Shown in pieces: positions 35,248-45,687 of a stretch of 64,000 nucleotides of DNA. The translations under genes and the position numbers were made by a program. The first letter of the stretch is position 1. Every line of letters begins with the position of its first letter. The notes beneath the pieces were generated by a model. It was not told the DNA's origin and ran no database searches. It worked only from the letters and a program-made list of their open reading frames with translations. Source of the DNA: Betaproteobacteria bacterium (GTDB lineage Bacteria; Pseudomonadota; Gammaproteobacteria; Burkholderiales; Rhodocyclaceae); contig VEPL01000001.1 in the NCBI GenBank assembly GCA_012026885.1, positions 3,072-67,071 of the forward strand. The letters are read 5' to 3'.

Positions 35248-36606
35248 GTGAAGGCGGACACCATCGCCGCCATCGCCACGGCCCCCGGCCGTGGCGGGGT
35301 CGGCGTGATCCGCATCTCGGGCAGCGATTTGCTGCCCTTTGCTTTTGCGCTGACCAGGAAAACCCCGCTACCGCGCCACGCGACGCTGGCCGACTTCAAG
35401 GCGGCCGATGGTGCTGCGGTCGACACCGGTTTGTTGCTGTTTTTCCCGGCACCGAATTCCTTCACCGGCGAGGACGTCCTCGAACTGCAGGGCCACGGCG
35501 GCCCGGTGGTCATGCAGATGCTGCTTGCCCGCTGCCTCGACCTCGGCGCCCGCCTCGCCGAGCCCGGTGAGTTCAGCCGCCGCGCCTTCCTCAACGGCAA
35601 GATGGACCTCGCCCAGGCCGAGGCCGTTGCCGACCTGATCGATGCCGCGACTGCGAGCGCCGCCCGCTCGGCGGTCCGTTCACTGCAGGGCGAGTTCTCG
35701 CGCGCCATCGGCGAACTGAATGGCGAGTTGATCGACCTGCGGATGCTGGTGGAAGCGACACTGGATTTCCCCGAAGAGGAGATCGATTTCCTCAAGGCCG
35801 CCGATGCCTTCGGCCGGCTCGACCGCCTGCAGGGTCGGCTGGCCGAAGTCTTCGACCGGGCCGGCCAGGGCAAGCTGCTGCAGTCCGGCCTGCATGTCGT
35901 CCTCGCCGGCCAACCCAATGTCGGCAAGTCCTCCCTGCTGAACCGGCTGGCCGGGGACGAGCTGGCCATCGTAACGCCGGTCGCCGGCACCACGCGCGAT
36001 GCGCTGCGATCGACCATACAGATCGAGGGAATTCCGCTGCACGTCATCGATACCGCCGGCCTGCGCGAGACCGCCGACGAGGTCGAGAAGATCGGCATCG
36101 AGCGTACGTGGCGGGAGATCGAGCGCGCCGACGTCGTCCTGCTCCTCGCCGATGCCCGCAGCGGCATCGCCGATGCCGACCGCGCCATCCTTGGTCGATT
36201 GCCGGAGAAGGTGCCGCGCATCACCGTCTACAACAAAGTCGACCTCGCCGGCCGCGCCCCCGAGCGCCACGACGAGCACGACGCCCACGGCGATGCGGTC
36301 GCCGTCTCCCTGTCGGCCAAGGCGGGGACGGGGATCGAGCTGTTGCGCGCCGAACTGCTGCGCGTCGCCGGCTGGCACCAGACCGAGGACGTCTTCATAG
36401 CCCGCGAACGTCACCTGCGTGCCTTGGCCACGGCCCGCGACCTCGTTGCCGATGCCCGCGCTGTCGTTTCCGGCCCGCGACCCGCGCTCGAGCTTTTCGC
36501 CGAGGAACTGCGCCTCGCCCAGCAGGCGCTCGGCGAGATCACCGGCGAATTCACCGCCGATGACCTGCTCGGGGTGATCTTCAGCCGCTTCTGCATCGGA
36601 AAATAG
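35248..36606 (+). CDS. mnmE: tRNA modification GTPase MnmE
   Basis: 452-aa ORF: [26 protein letters not shown]-domain [12 protein letters not shown], and the C-terminal CIGK. Confidence 0.96.
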   Translation: MKADTIAAIATAPGRGGVGVIRISGSDLLPFAFALTRKTPLPRHATLADFKAADGAAVDTGLLLFFPAPNSFTGEDVLELQGHGGPVVMQMLLARCLDLGARLAEPGEFSRRAFLNGKMDLAQAEAVADLIDAATASAARSAVRSLQGEFSRAIGELNGELIDLRMLVEATLDFPEEEIDFLKAADAFGRLDRLQGRLAEVFDRAGQGKLLQSGLHVVLAGQPNVGKSSLLNRLAGDELAIVTPVAGTTRDALRSTIQIEGIPLHVIDTAGLRETADEVEKIGIERTWREIERADVVLLLADARSGIADADRAILGRLPEKVPRITVYNKVDLAGRAPERHDEHDAHGDAVAVSLSAKAGTGIELLRAELLRVAGWHQTEDVFIARERHLRALATARDLVADARAVVSGPRPALELFAEELRLAQQALGEITGEFTADDLLGVIFSRFCIGK

Positions 36607-37386
36607 ATGGAGGGACTCGACGCCACGCTGGCGGCCTTGGTGGCCGCCGCCTTCGTTGCCGGGCTGGTCGATGCGGTCGTCGGTGGCGGCGGGCTGATCC
36701 AGATCCCGGCGCTTTTCGCCGCCTATCCGGGGCAGGCGCCGGCGACGCTGTTCGGCACCAACAAGTGCGCGAGCGTGGTCGGGACGGGGGCGGCGACCTG
36801 GCGCTACGCGCGGCGGGTGGCGATGCCCTGGCGCACCATCCTGCCTGCGGCGCTGGCGGCCTTCGCCTTTTCCTATACCGGCGCGGCAGCGGTGGCCTGG
36901 CTGCCGAAGGATGCCGTGCGCCCGCTGATCCTGGTGCTGCTGGTGTTTGCCGCGGTCTACACGCTGAAACGCAAGGATTTCGGACAGGCGCACGCGCCGG
37001 CCCATGCCGGACACCGCGAACTCATCTACGCGATCCTGCTCGGCGGGGTCATCGGCTTCTACGACGGCTTCTTCGGGCCGGGCACCGGCAGCTTCCTGAT
37101 CTTCCTCTTCGTGCGCTTCTTCGGCTTCGACTTCCTGCATGCCTCGGCCGGCGCCAAGGTGGTGAACGTGGCGACCAATATCGCCGCCCTCGCCTACTTC
37201 GTGCCCAACGGCTACTGGCTGCCGCTGCTGGCGGCGGCGATGGCGGTGGCCAACCTGGCCGGCTCGACCACCGGAACCTGGCTCGCACTGCGCCACGGCA
37301 GCGCCTTCGTGCGGCGCGTCTTTCTCGTCGTCGTCGGCGTGCTGATCGTCAGGTTCGCCTGGGACACCGTCGCGGCTTTCCTATAA
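36607..37386 (+). CDS. TauE/SafE (TSUP) family anion exporter
   Basis: 259-aa polytopic membrane ORF with the typical AGLVDAVVGGGGLIQIPAL N-terminal motif and its internal repeat. Confidence 0.75.
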   Translation: MEGLDATLAALVAAAFVAGLVDAVVGGGGLIQIPALFAAYPGQAPATLFGTNKCASVVGTGAATWRYARRVAMPWRTILPAALAAFAFSYTGAAAVAWLPKDAVRPLILVLLVFAAVYTLKRKDFGQAHAPAHAGHRELIYAILLGGVIGFYDGFFGPGTGSFLIFLFVRFFGFDFLHASAGAKVVNVATNIAALAYFVPNGYWLPLLAAAMAVANLAGSTTGTWLALRHGSAFVRRVFLVVVGVLIVRFAWDTVAAFL

Positions 37387-37404
37387 GATTCAGTCACTTC
37401 GTCC

Positions 37405-39063
37405 GTGGAGCGTGCCGTGCGCGTCACCCTCGTCCATCCTGCCGGCTTCAATTTCGTCCCCGGCCAGCCCGATTTCTCGGTGCTCGCCAACCGCATGCCG
37501 CCGATCGGCATCATGCAACTCGCTTCCTGGCTGGAGAAATTCGGCCACAGCGTGCAATTGCACGACTGCCTCGGTCCTTACGCGCCGCCGACGACGGTCG
37601 AGAATGCCGAGATCGTGCTGGCGACCGACCCGGAGATGGTCGGCTTTTCGGCGACGACCTCCGGCTTCATGGATGCTTTCGAGATCGCCGCCTACATCCG
37701 CGAGCGGCGGCCTGACATCAAGATCGTCTTCGGCAATGTCCATGTCTCGTCGCTCGGGGCGCCCATCCTCGAGAAATTCCCGGAAATCGACTACCTGGTC
37801 ATGGGCGAAGGCGAAGGTGCCATGCTGGAGCTTGCCGACGGCAAGCCGCTGGCCGAGATCGGCAACCTGATCTGGCGCAACGAGAGCGGCCGCATCATCG
37901 TCAATCCGCGCCGCGACCGCATCCTCGACCTCGACGAACTGCCCTTCCCGGCCTACGAGAAGCTCGCCGGTTTCCCGCACGCCTACCACCTGCCGCTGTT
38001 CGCCTACGAAATGCGCCACGGCGCGACGATGATCACCTCGCGCGGCTGCCCCTACACCTGCTCCTTCTGTGACCGCACGGTGTTCGAGCGTCTGTACAAG
38101 ACCAATTCGCCGCAATACATCTACGACCACATGAAGTACCTGCGGGACAACTTCGGGGTCTGGCACATCAACATGTACGACGACCTGTTCACCGCCAAGA
38201 AGCAGCGCGTGCTCGATCTGTGCGAACTGTTGATCGAGAGGCCGCTCGGCATGCAGTTCAACTGTGCCATCCGCGCCGGGCATACCTCGGACGAGATGCT
38301 GCACAAGCTGAAGAAGGCCGGCGCACTGATGGTGTCGCTCGGCATCGAATCGGCCGACCCGGAGATGATGGACCGCCACAAGGCGGGCGTGACGCTCGAG
38401 GCCGTGCGCGATACGGTCATATCGATCCACGCTGCCGGCCTGCGCGCCAAGGGACTGTTCATCTTCGGCATGCCCGGCGAGACGCCGGACACCGTGCGCA
38501 CGACCAGCGATTTCATCCTGTCGCTCGGGCTCGACGAGATGAACATGACCAAGTTCAGCCCGCTTCACGGGGCGCCCATCTGGGACGAGTGTGTGAACGA
38601 CCCGAAGGGCGATTTCGTCGAGGACTGGCGCCTGATGAACTGCCTGAACTTCGTCTACAAGCCGGAAGGCTTCGCGACGCGCGAGGAGATGGACGCTCTC
38701 TACAACTGGCACGTCAAGCGCTTCTACGACAGCAAGGGCTACCGCCGCCGCTTCGCCAAACGTCTGTGGCAACATCGCTGGAGCCTGTGGCACGTCCTCA
38801 AGCACCTGCCGGAGACCATCGCCGCCGCGCGCTACTTCAGTGCCAACAAGGAACAACTGGAAAAGGCCAAGAAGGAATTCCGGCTGCACCCGCGCCAGCC
38901 GCTCGGCCTCAAGCCGCAACTGTCGACCGACCTGCAGATCGACAACATCGTCTCGATGTCGGCGGTCAAGCTGACCCGCCGAGAGGCGGCGAAGATGATT
39001 ATTCCAGTGGTCTACGAGGGAGCGGGCTGCTGCACGCCGCCCGCCACGGCCACGGCGGTATAA
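37405..39063 (+). CDS. B12-binding-domain radical SAM enzyme
   Basis: N-terminal cobalamin-binding-like region (PPIGIMQLASWLEKFGH) and a radical SAM cluster motif SRGCPYTCSFC (CX3CX2C). 552 aa. Start is GTG 37405 or GTG 37417. Confidence 0.8.
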   Translation: MERAVRVTLVHPAGFNFVPGQPDFSVLANRMPPIGIMQLASWLEKFGHSVQLHDCLGPYAPPTTVENAEIVLATDPEMVGFSATTSGFMDAFEIAAYIRERRPDIKIVFGNVHVSSLGAPILEKFPEIDYLVMGEGEGAMLELADGKPLAEIGNLIWRNESGRIIVNPRRDRILDLDELPFPAYEKLAGFPHAYHLPLFAYEMRHGATMITSRGCPYTCSFCDRTVFERLYKTNSPQYIYDHMKYLRDNFGVWHINMYDDLFTAKKQRVLDLCELLIERPLGMQFNCAIRAGHTSDEMLHKLKKAGALMVSLGIESADPEMMDRHKAGVTLEAVRDTVISIHAAGLRAKGLFIFGMPGETPDTVRTTSDFILSLGLDEMNMTKFSPLHGAPIWDECVNDPKGDFVEDWRLMNCLNFVYKPEGFATREEMDALYNWHVKRFYDSKGYRRRFAKRLWQHRWSLWHVLKHLPETIAAARYFSANKEQLEKAKKEFRLHPRQPLGLKPQLSTDLQIDNIVSMSAVKLTRREAAKMIIPVVYEGAGCCTPPATATAV

Positions 39064-39099
39064 TCGCCGGTTATTCAAGCAGGCGGAGGTTGGACGGGG

Positions 39100-39732
39100 A
39101 TGAGAGGCGCGACCGGATTCGGGCGATTTTGCCGGTTGACCGCAACCATCGCCGCGGCGGCCGTGCTCGCCGCCTGTGCCGGCCCCGAGCCGCGTCCCGA
39201 AGCTTCGCCGGCGTGGCCTGCCGCCGCCGACCTGCGCGCCGGCTACGCCTGCTGCAACCTCCATCATGATGGAGGCCGCATCACCGACGCCAATCTCGGC
39301 CAGTTTCCCTTCATCCCGACCGGGACGCCCGTCCGCGTCCGTGCCATCGACGGTTACCGGGCCGACATCCTGGTCGACGGCAAGCCGATGCAGATGGTCC
39401 TCGAACAGGGTCGTTCCCCGGAGGCGATGCAGGCATGGATCGAGCGGCTGGTCGTGGCGGAAGATCCGCAGTCGCGGCTGGAGCGCTTTCCCGCTGCCGC
39501 GCGCATGGCCATACGCGCCGGACAGGTCATGAAAGGCATGAGCCGCGAGCAGGTGATCATGGCGCTCGGTCCCCCGCAGGGTGGCGAGGACAGGCGCGCC
39601 GATGCACCGTCCTGGCGTTACTGGTGGTCGAGTTTCGGGCCGTTCTACGTTTACTGGAGCAAGGGTGGCGCCGTCAGCCGCATCGATGGCCACGCGGATG
39701 CCGTCGCGCGCATGGTGTTCAAGGGCAAGTAA
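39100..39732 (+). CDS. Lipoprotein with a BamE/SmpA-OmlA-like C-terminal module
   Basis: Lipobox AAAVLAACAG. The C-terminal GMSREQVIMALGPP resembles the BamE family. Confidence 0.5.
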   Translation: MRGATGFGRFCRLTATIAAAAVLAACAGPEPRPEASPAWPAAADLRAGYACCNLHHDGGRITDANLGQFPFIPTGTPVRVRAIDGYRADILVDGKPMQMVLEQGRSPEAMQAWIERLVVAEDPQSRLERFPAAARMAIRAGQVMKGMSREQVIMALGPPQGGEDRRADAPSWRYWWSSFGPFYVYWSKGGAVSRIDGHADAVARMVFKGK

Positions 39733-39770
39733 GGGGCGGCGTCCGGCCGCACCGGCAAAGGAGATAGCGC

Positions 39771-41108
39771 ATGGAACAGCAGCAAGCCGGTGGCGTACAG
39801 CGCCGCCAATGCGACGTTCTGGTCATCGGTGGCGGACCGGCGGGGTCGACCGTGGCACCGCTGCTGGCCGAGAAGGGCCATTCGGTGGTCATGCTCGAAA
39901 AGGCACGCCACCCGCGTTTCCATATCGGCGAATCGTTGCTGCCGGCCAACCTGCCGCTGCTCGAGCAACTCGGCATCGCCGAGGAGGTCCGTGCCATCGG
40001 CATGTACAAGCCGGGCGCCGAATTCGTCTCGCCGCACCACGACTGGACGCAGGTCTATCACTTCGCCGATGCCTGGGACAAGTCGATGCCGCACGCCTAC
40101 CAGGTCAAGCGCGCCGAGTTCGACACCATCCTGATCCGCAACGCCGCCCGCAAGGGCGTCGAGGTGCACGAGGGCTGCCGCGCCAAGGCCGTCGAGTTCC
40201 TGCCCGACGAGACGGTGCAGGTGCGTTCGCTCGACGACCAGGGCCGCGAGACGGAATGGCAGGCACGCTTCGTGGTCGATTGTTCCGGCCGCGATACCTT
40301 CCTCGCCAACAAGTTCCAGATCAAGCACCGCAACCCGAAGCACAACAGCTCGGCGATCTACGGCCACTTCAAGGGTGCGCGCCGGCACGAGGGGACGGCC
40401 GAGGGCAATATCACCATCTTCTGGTTCGAGCACGGCTGGTTCTGGTTCATCCCGATGACCGACGATGTCACCAGCATCGGCATGGTGACCTGGCCCTACT
40501 ACATGAAGACCAAGGGCGAGCGCAGCCTGCAGCAGTTCCTGATGGACGGCATCGCCATGTGCCCGCCGCTCGCCGCACGGCTGGAAACTGCGGAACTGGT
40601 CAATGAAATCGAGGCGACCGGCAATTTCTCCTACGTCTCCGAGCGCAACCACGGCCGCAACTACCTGCTGCTCGGCGATGCCTACGCCTTCATCGACCCG
40701 GTCTTTTCCTCCGGCGTCTGGCTGGCGATGAACAGCGGCGTCATCGGCGCCGAGACGATCGATGCCTGCCTCAGGCAACCGGACAAGGCCGCTGTCGCGC
40801 TCAAGGGCTTCGACCGCGCCATGCGCCACGGTCCCAAGGAATTCTCCTGGTTCATCTACCGGGTGACCAACCCGATCATGCGCCAGTTCTTCATGTACCC
40901 GCGCAACACCTTCCGCATGAAGGAGGCGTTGCTGTCGGTGCTGGCCGGCGACATCTTCGGAAAGACGCCGATCTGGCGCTCGCTGTTCATCTTCAAGGTC
41001 CTCTACTACCTGTCCAATATCGTCCAGCCCAAGCTCGCCTTCATGGGCTGGAAGCGCCGCCGCTTCAACATCCGCAAGGTCGACGACCCGGCCATGTACA
41101 ACGCCTGA
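39771..41108 (+). CDS. Flavin-dependent halogenase-like oxidoreductase
   Basis: FAD motif DVLVIGGGPAGS, the WxWxIP motif as GWFWFIPM, and GDAYAFIDPVFSSGV. 445 aa. Confidence 0.75.
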   Translation: MEQQQAGGVQRRQCDVLVIGGGPAGSTVAPLLAEKGHSVVMLEKARHPRFHIGESLLPANLPLLEQLGIAEEVRAIGMYKPGAEFVSPHHDWTQVYHFADAWDKSMPHAYQVKRAEFDTILIRNAARKGVEVHEGCRAKAVEFLPDETVQVRSLDDQGRETEWQARFVVDCSGRDTFLANKFQIKHRNPKHNSSAIYGHFKGARRHEGTAEGNITIFWFEHGWFWFIPMTDDVTSIGMVTWPYYMKTKGERSLQQFLMDGIAMCPPLAARLETAELVNEIEATGNFSYVSERNHGRNYLLLGDAYAFIDPVFSSGVWLAMNSGVIGAETIDACLRQPDKAAVALKGFDRAMRHGPKEFSWFIYRVTNPIMRQFFMYPRNTFRMKEALLSVLAGDIFGKTPIWRSLFIFKVLYYLSNIVQPKLAFMGWKRRRFNIRKVDDPAMYNA

Positions 41109-41115
41109 GCGCCTC

Positions 41116-42129
41116 TTGCCGATCGTCACCCTCAGCCTCGTCGCCGATGACGGCCTGCCAGGACGGCCGTTGCCACCGGGCAGCCACGTTCTTGGCGCTG
41201 CCCTGCTCGGTGCCGGCGCGCTGCCGGCTGAAATCCCCTGCCAGCACATCGACGCGCCGCTGCTCGGCCATCCGGGGCCGGCGGCGCTCGAACGCTGGCT
41301 GTGCGACGGCCCGCCGCGCGCCGGCGAGGCCGAGGGGATCCGCTTCCGGCGTACGGGCAATGTCCTCTATGGCGACCTCGTGCTCGCCGAGGGCGATTTC
41401 TCCGGCCCGGCGCCGCTGCGCGCCGCGACCGAAATCGCCTACCGCCGCATCTTCCGCCTGCTCGAGGTCGAAGGACTGCCGCACCTTTGGCGGGTGTGGA
41501 ACTACCTTGCCGATATCAACGGCAGCCAGGACGGTCTCGAACGCTATCGCCAGTTCAACATCGGCCGCCAGGATGCGTTCATCGCCAGCGGGCGACTGGC
41601 CAGCGGCAACGTGCCGGCGGCCTGTGCCATCGGGCTGGCCGGCGGTCCGCTGCGTATCGCCTTCCTGGCCGGACTCGAGCCACCCTTCCCGATCGAGAAT
41701 CCGCGCCAGGTCAGCGCCTACGATTATCCTCCGGAGTACGGCCCGCGCAGCCCCACCTTCTCGCGCGCGGCGATCGCCGCCCCGGGTGGCCAAGCCGTGC
41801 TCTTCGTTTCCGGAACGGCCAGCATCGTCGGTCATCGCACCCTGCACGCCGGCGATGCCGCGGCGCAGGCGCGCGAATCACTGGCCAATATCGAAGCCGT
41901 CATCACCGAGGTCAACCATTGCCTGCCGGCGCACCCGTTCGCCCTTGAGAACCTGACCTACCGCGCCTACATCCGCCACGCCGCCGATTACCCGGCGGTC
42001 GCCGCGGTGCTGCGCAATGCGCTCGGCAATGCGGGCTGCGTCTGCCTGCAGGCCGACATCTGCCGCGCCGACCTGCTCGTCGAGATCGAGGCGACCGGCG
42101 TGCGACCACGAGCGGAGCCCGCACCATGA
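41116..42129 (+). CDS. XanB2 / FkbO-Hyg5-family chorismatase (hydroxybenzoate-forming, RidA-like C-terminal fold)
   Basis: 337-aa ORF with LWRVWNYLADIN...ERYRQFNIGR and FVSGTASIVGHRT, which resemble the 'pteridine-dependent deoxygenase-like' proteins of xanthomonadin clusters. Putative TTG start. Confidence 0.6.
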   Translation: MPIVTLSLVADDGLPGRPLPPGSHVLGAALLGAGALPAEIPCQHIDAPLLGHPGPAALERWLCDGPPRAGEAEGIRFRRTGNVLYGDLVLAEGDFSGPAPLRAATEIAYRRIFRLLEVEGLPHLWRVWNYLADINGSQDGLERYRQFNIGRQDAFIASGRLASGNVPAACAIGLAGGPLRIAFLAGLEPPFPIENPRQVSAYDYPPEYGPRSPTFSRAAIAAPGGQAVLFVSGTASIVGHRTLHAGDAAAQARESLANIEAVITEVNHCLPAHPFALENLTYRAYIRHAADYPAVAAVLRNALGNAGCVCLQADICRADLLVEIEATGVRPRAEPAP

Positions 42130-42953
42130 AGACACGCATCCTTTCCCTGTTCCTCGCGATGCTCCCGGCACTCGCCGCCGCAGCCGAGGAAAAGCCGTTG
42201 TGGGAGGCCGGCGCCGGCGTCAGCGCGCTGACCTTCCCGGCCTATCGCGGCTCCGACGAACGCAGCAACTTCCTGCTGCCGGTGCCCTACTTCGCCTACC
42301 ACGGCAAATTCTTCAAGGCCGACCGCCACGGCATCCGCGGCGCCCTGTTCGACAGCGACCGCGTCGACTTCACCGTCTCCGCCTCCCTGTCGCCCCCGGC
42401 CAAGAGCGAGAACGTCCAGGCCCGCGCCGGTATGCCCAACCTTGATGCCACCTTCGAGCTCGGCCCGCAGCTCGACCTGACCTTCTGGCGTTCCGAGAAC
42501 CGCGCCCGCTACCTCAAGCTGCTGCTGCCGGTACGTGCCGCCGTCACCGTCGATTCGCAGCCCAAGGACGTCGGCTGGGTCTTCCACCCGCGCTTCAATT
42601 TCGACGTGACCGACATCCCCGGCCTGTCCGGCTGGAATTTCGGCGTGCTGGCCGGCGCCGTCTACGGCAACCGGCGCCAGAACGCCTACTACTACACCGT
42701 CGCGCCGGAGTACGCGACGCCGTTGCGGCCCGCCTACGAGGCTTCCGGCGGCTATGGCGGCGCCCAGTTCCTGGCGGCGGTGAGCAAGCGCTATCCGAAG
42801 TTCTGGGTCGGCGGCTTCGTCCGCTACGACAACCTTTCCGGCGCCGTTTTCGACGACAGCCCGCTGGTCCGCCAGAAGGACTACTTCGCGGCCGGCATCG
42901 CCGTCAGCTACATCTTTGGCGAATCATCGACACGCGTGATGGTCGATGACTGA
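42126..42953 (+). CDS. MipA/OmpV-family outer-membrane protein
   Basis: Signal peptide, then WEAGAGVSALTFPAYRGSDE. Beta-barrel-like alternating pattern. The start overlaps the upstream stop (ATGA). Confidence 0.7.
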   Translation: MKTRILSLFLAMLPALAAAAEEKPLWEAGAGVSALTFPAYRGSDERSNFLLPVPYFAYHGKFFKADRHGIRGALFDSDRVDFTVSASLSPPAKSENVQARAGMPNLDATFELGPQLDLTFWRSENRARYLKLLLPVRAAVTVDSQPKDVGWVFHPRFNFDVTDIPGLSGWNFGVLAGAVYGNRRQNAYYYTVAPEYATPLRPAYEASGGYGGAQFLAAVSKRYPKFWVGGFVRYDNLSGAVFDDSPLVRQKDYFAAGIAVSYIFGESSTRVMVDD

Positions 42954-43719
42954 CCCGGGCCGTCGGGCCAACCCCTTGTGGACCGCCTACGAGCAGGTCG
43001 CCAAGTTCGTCGGGCTCGGCGCGCTGGCGCTCATCTGCCTGTGGTGGCTGCCCTCGGCGCTGATCCTGAACCGCCTGCTGCCGCGCCGGCATGGCCAGCC
43101 GATCGGCCGGCGCATGATCAAGGGCGGCTTCCGCTTCTACCTGTGGATCCTCGGCGCCTTCTGCGCCTGCCGCTTCGACCTCTCCGAGCTCGACCGCCTG
43201 CGTGGCGAGGGGCCGCTGCTGCTGGTCGCCAACCACCCGTCGCTGCTCGACGCGGTGATGATCATCTCGCGCCTGCCCAACGCCGTCTGCGTCATGAAGG
43301 CGACGCTGATGGACAACATCCTGTTCGGCGCCGCAGCCCGGCTCGCCCGCTACATCCGCAACGACGAGCCGCTGGCGATGATCCTCAGCGCCCGCGAGGA
43401 ACTGCGGCGCGGCGCCCAGCTGGTGTTCTTCCCCGAGGGCTCCCGCACCACGAACTTCCCGGTCGACACCTGCCTGCCGACTGCGGCCCTGATTTCGGCG
43501 CGTTCCGGCGTGCCGCTGCAGACGGTGCTGATCGAGTTCAGCACGCCCTACCTGGGCAAGGAGTGGCCGCTCTTCCGCAAGCCGGAACTGCCGCTGACCT
43601 GCCGTGTCCGCGTCGGCGAGCGTTTCCCGCCGCCGCGGGACATCGCCGCCTTCACCGGTCGCCTCGAGGAATATTTCCGCCGCGAATTGGCTGCCAATCC
43701 GCTGTCGACCGCAGCATGA
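42946..43719 (+). CDS. Lysophospholipid (PlsC-type) acyltransferase
   Basis: HX4D motif as NHPSLLD, and FPEGSRT. An N-terminal TM segment is present. Confidence 0.75.
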   Translation: MTDPGRRANPLWTAYEQVAKFVGLGALALICLWWLPSALILNRLLPRRHGQPIGRRMIKGGFRFYLWILGAFCACRFDLSELDRLRGEGPLLLVANHPSLLDAVMIISRLPNAVCVMKATLMDNILFGAAARLARYIRNDEPLAMILSAREELRRGAQLVFFPEGSRTTNFPVDTCLPTAALISARSGVPLQTVLIEFSTPYLGKEWPLFRKPELPLTCRVRVGERFPPPRDIAAFTGRLEEYFRRELAANPLSTAA

Positions 43720-44474
43720 CGGCGCCGTCGGCCACCCACCTCGTCCTGATCCCCAGCTACAACCCGGGCGCGCAGCTTGCCGAGACGGTGCGCGCCGCGC
43801 GCGCCTGCTGGAATCCGGTGTGGGTCGTCGTCGACGGCAGCACCGACGGCAGCGCCGAACGGTTACGAGCCATGGCGGCCGCCGACGACGGCCTAAAAGT
43901 CATCGTCCTGCCCGAGAACCGCGGCAAGGGCGCGGCCGTTCTCCAAGGCATCACGCAGGCCGCGGCGCTCGGCTACACCCACGCGCTGACCATGGATTCC
44001 GATGGCCAGCATCCGGCCGACCTGATCCCCGCCTTCATGGCCGCCTCGCAGGCCGAGCCGACGGCGATGGTCCTGGGCAAGCCGGTTTTCGGCCCGGAGG
44101 CGCCCGCGCTCCGCGTCAACGGGCGCAAGGTATCGAACGGCTGGGCCAACCTCGAGACCCTGTGGGCGGGCATCGGCGATTCCCTCTACGGCTTCCGCGT
44201 CTACCCGATCGCCCCGCTGATGATGATCATGAAGCGCAACCGCTTCATGCGCCGCTTCGACTTCGACCCCGAGGCCGTCGTCCGCCTGTGCTGGGCCGGT
44301 GTGCGCCCGGTGAACCGCGATGCCCCGGTGCGCTACCTGTCCGCCGCCGAAGGCGGCGTCTCGCACTTCAACTACCTGCGCGACAACGCGTTGCTGACCT
44401 GGATGCACACGCGCCTGTTCATCGGCTTCGTCATCCGCCTGCCCCTGTTGCTCGTACGCTACGTCATGCGCTGA
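43716..44474 (+). CDS. Family-2 glycosyltransferase
   Basis: Start at MTAPSATHLVLIPSYNPG (ATGA overlap). Motifs VVDGSTDGS and MDSDGQH (DxD-like). The ORF-track entry 42978..44474 carries a false N-terminal extension. Confidence 0.75.
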   Translation: MTAPSATHLVLIPSYNPGAQLAETVRAARACWNPVWVVVDGSTDGSAERLRAMAAADDGLKVIVLPENRGKGAAVLQGITQAAALGYTHALTMDSDGQHPADLIPAFMAASQAEPTAMVLGKPVFGPEAPALRVNGRKVSNGWANLETLWAGIGDSLYGFRVYPIAPLMMIMKRNRFMRRFDFDPEAVVRLCWAGVRPVNRDAPVRYLSAAEGGVSHFNYLRDNALLTWMHTRLFIGFVIRLPLLLVRYVMR

Positions 44475-44475
44475 G

Positions 44476-45675
44476 ATGAATACCACCGAGATCTTCCTGA
44501 TCGCGATGGCGATTATCTTCACCGCGCCGTACCTGATCTGGCGGCTCGGCAAGACCGACTACTTCGCCCCGCTCGTCGTTGTCCAGATCATCACCGGCAT
44601 CCTGCTCGGCCCCGGTATCCTCGGCAAGGCCTTTCCCGACTACTACGCCTTCGTATTCAACCCGGCTGTCATCCAGTCGCTGAACGGCATCGCCTGGTGG
44701 GCGGTCATGCTCTTCGTGATGATCGCCGGCGTCGAGCTCGACCTCCGGAAAGCCTGGGAACACCGGCGCGAGAGTGGCATTACCGCCGGCCTCGCGCTCG
44801 GCGTGCCACTCGTTTTCGGCAGCGCAGCCGCCGTTCTAATGCTCGGTTTCGCTGGCTGGATCGGCCCCAAGGCGCAGACCTGGCAGTTCGTCGTCGGCGT
44901 CGGCATGGCCTGCGCCGTCACCGCGCTGCCCATCCTCATCCTGCTCATGGAGAAGCTGGAAATCCTGCGCCAGCCGATCGGCCAGCGCATCCTGCGCTAT
45001 GCCAGCCTCGACGACATCGCCATCTGGGGCGTGCTGGCGCTGATCCTCATGGACTGGGAACGCATCGGCCGCCAGGCCGCCTTCCTCGCCGCCTTCGCCG
45101 TCGCCGCCTGGCTGTTCCACCGCCTGATGGCGCGCCTGGCCGAGCGCGACCGCTGGTACGTCGCGCTCATCTGGCTGGCCCTCGTCGCCTTCGGCGCCGA
45201 CTGGGCCGGCCTGCACTTCATGGTCGGCGCCTTCCTCGCCGGCGCGGTGATGGAAGCCGAGTGGTTCGACCAGGAAAAGATGGACCTCCTGCGCCACCAC
45301 GTGCTGCTGGTGATGATGCCCGTCTTCTTCCTCAGCACCGGGCTGCGCACCAACTGGGACGTCGGCGGTGCTGCCGTCTTCCTCGCCGCCGCGCTCCTCC
45401 TCTTCGCCTCCATCAGCGGCAAGCTGCTCGGCGTTCAATTTGCCGGAAAGGTGCTGAAATGGGCGCCGGGCGAAGCCGGCATCATCGGCTGGCTGCTGCA
45501 GACCAAGGCGCTGATCATGATCATCTTCGCCAATATCCTGCTCGACAAGCAAATCATCACCAGCGAGACCTTCACCGCCCTGCTGCTGATGGCGGTGGCC
45601 AGCACCATGCTCACCGTGCCGGTCGTCGCACCGCGCCTGGCCCGGCTCAAGTCGCTGATCCTGCGTTCCGCCTGA
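44476..45675 (+). CDS. Cation:proton antiporter (CPA family)
   Basis: 399-aa polytopic membrane ORF with a typical Na+/H+ exchanger-type TM pattern. Confidence 0.7.
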   Translation: MNTTEIFLIAMAIIFTAPYLIWRLGKTDYFAPLVVVQIITGILLGPGILGKAFPDYYAFVFNPAVIQSLNGIAWWAVMLFVMIAGVELDLRKAWEHRRESGITAGLALGVPLVFGSAAAVLMLGFAGWIGPKAQTWQFVVGVGMACAVTALPILILLMEKLEILRQPIGQRILRYASLDDIAIWGVLALILMDWERIGRQAAFLAAFAVAAWLFHRLMARLAERDRWYVALIWLALVAFGADWAGLHFMVGAFLAGAVMEAEWFDQEKMDLLRHHVLLVMMPVFFLSTGLRTNWDVGGAAVFLAAALLLFASISGKLLGVQFAGKVLKWAPGEAGIIGWLLQTKALIMIIFANILLDKQIITSETFTALLLMAVASTMLTVPVVAPRLARLKSLILRSA

Positions 45676-45687
45676 TTGGAGCTGCCC

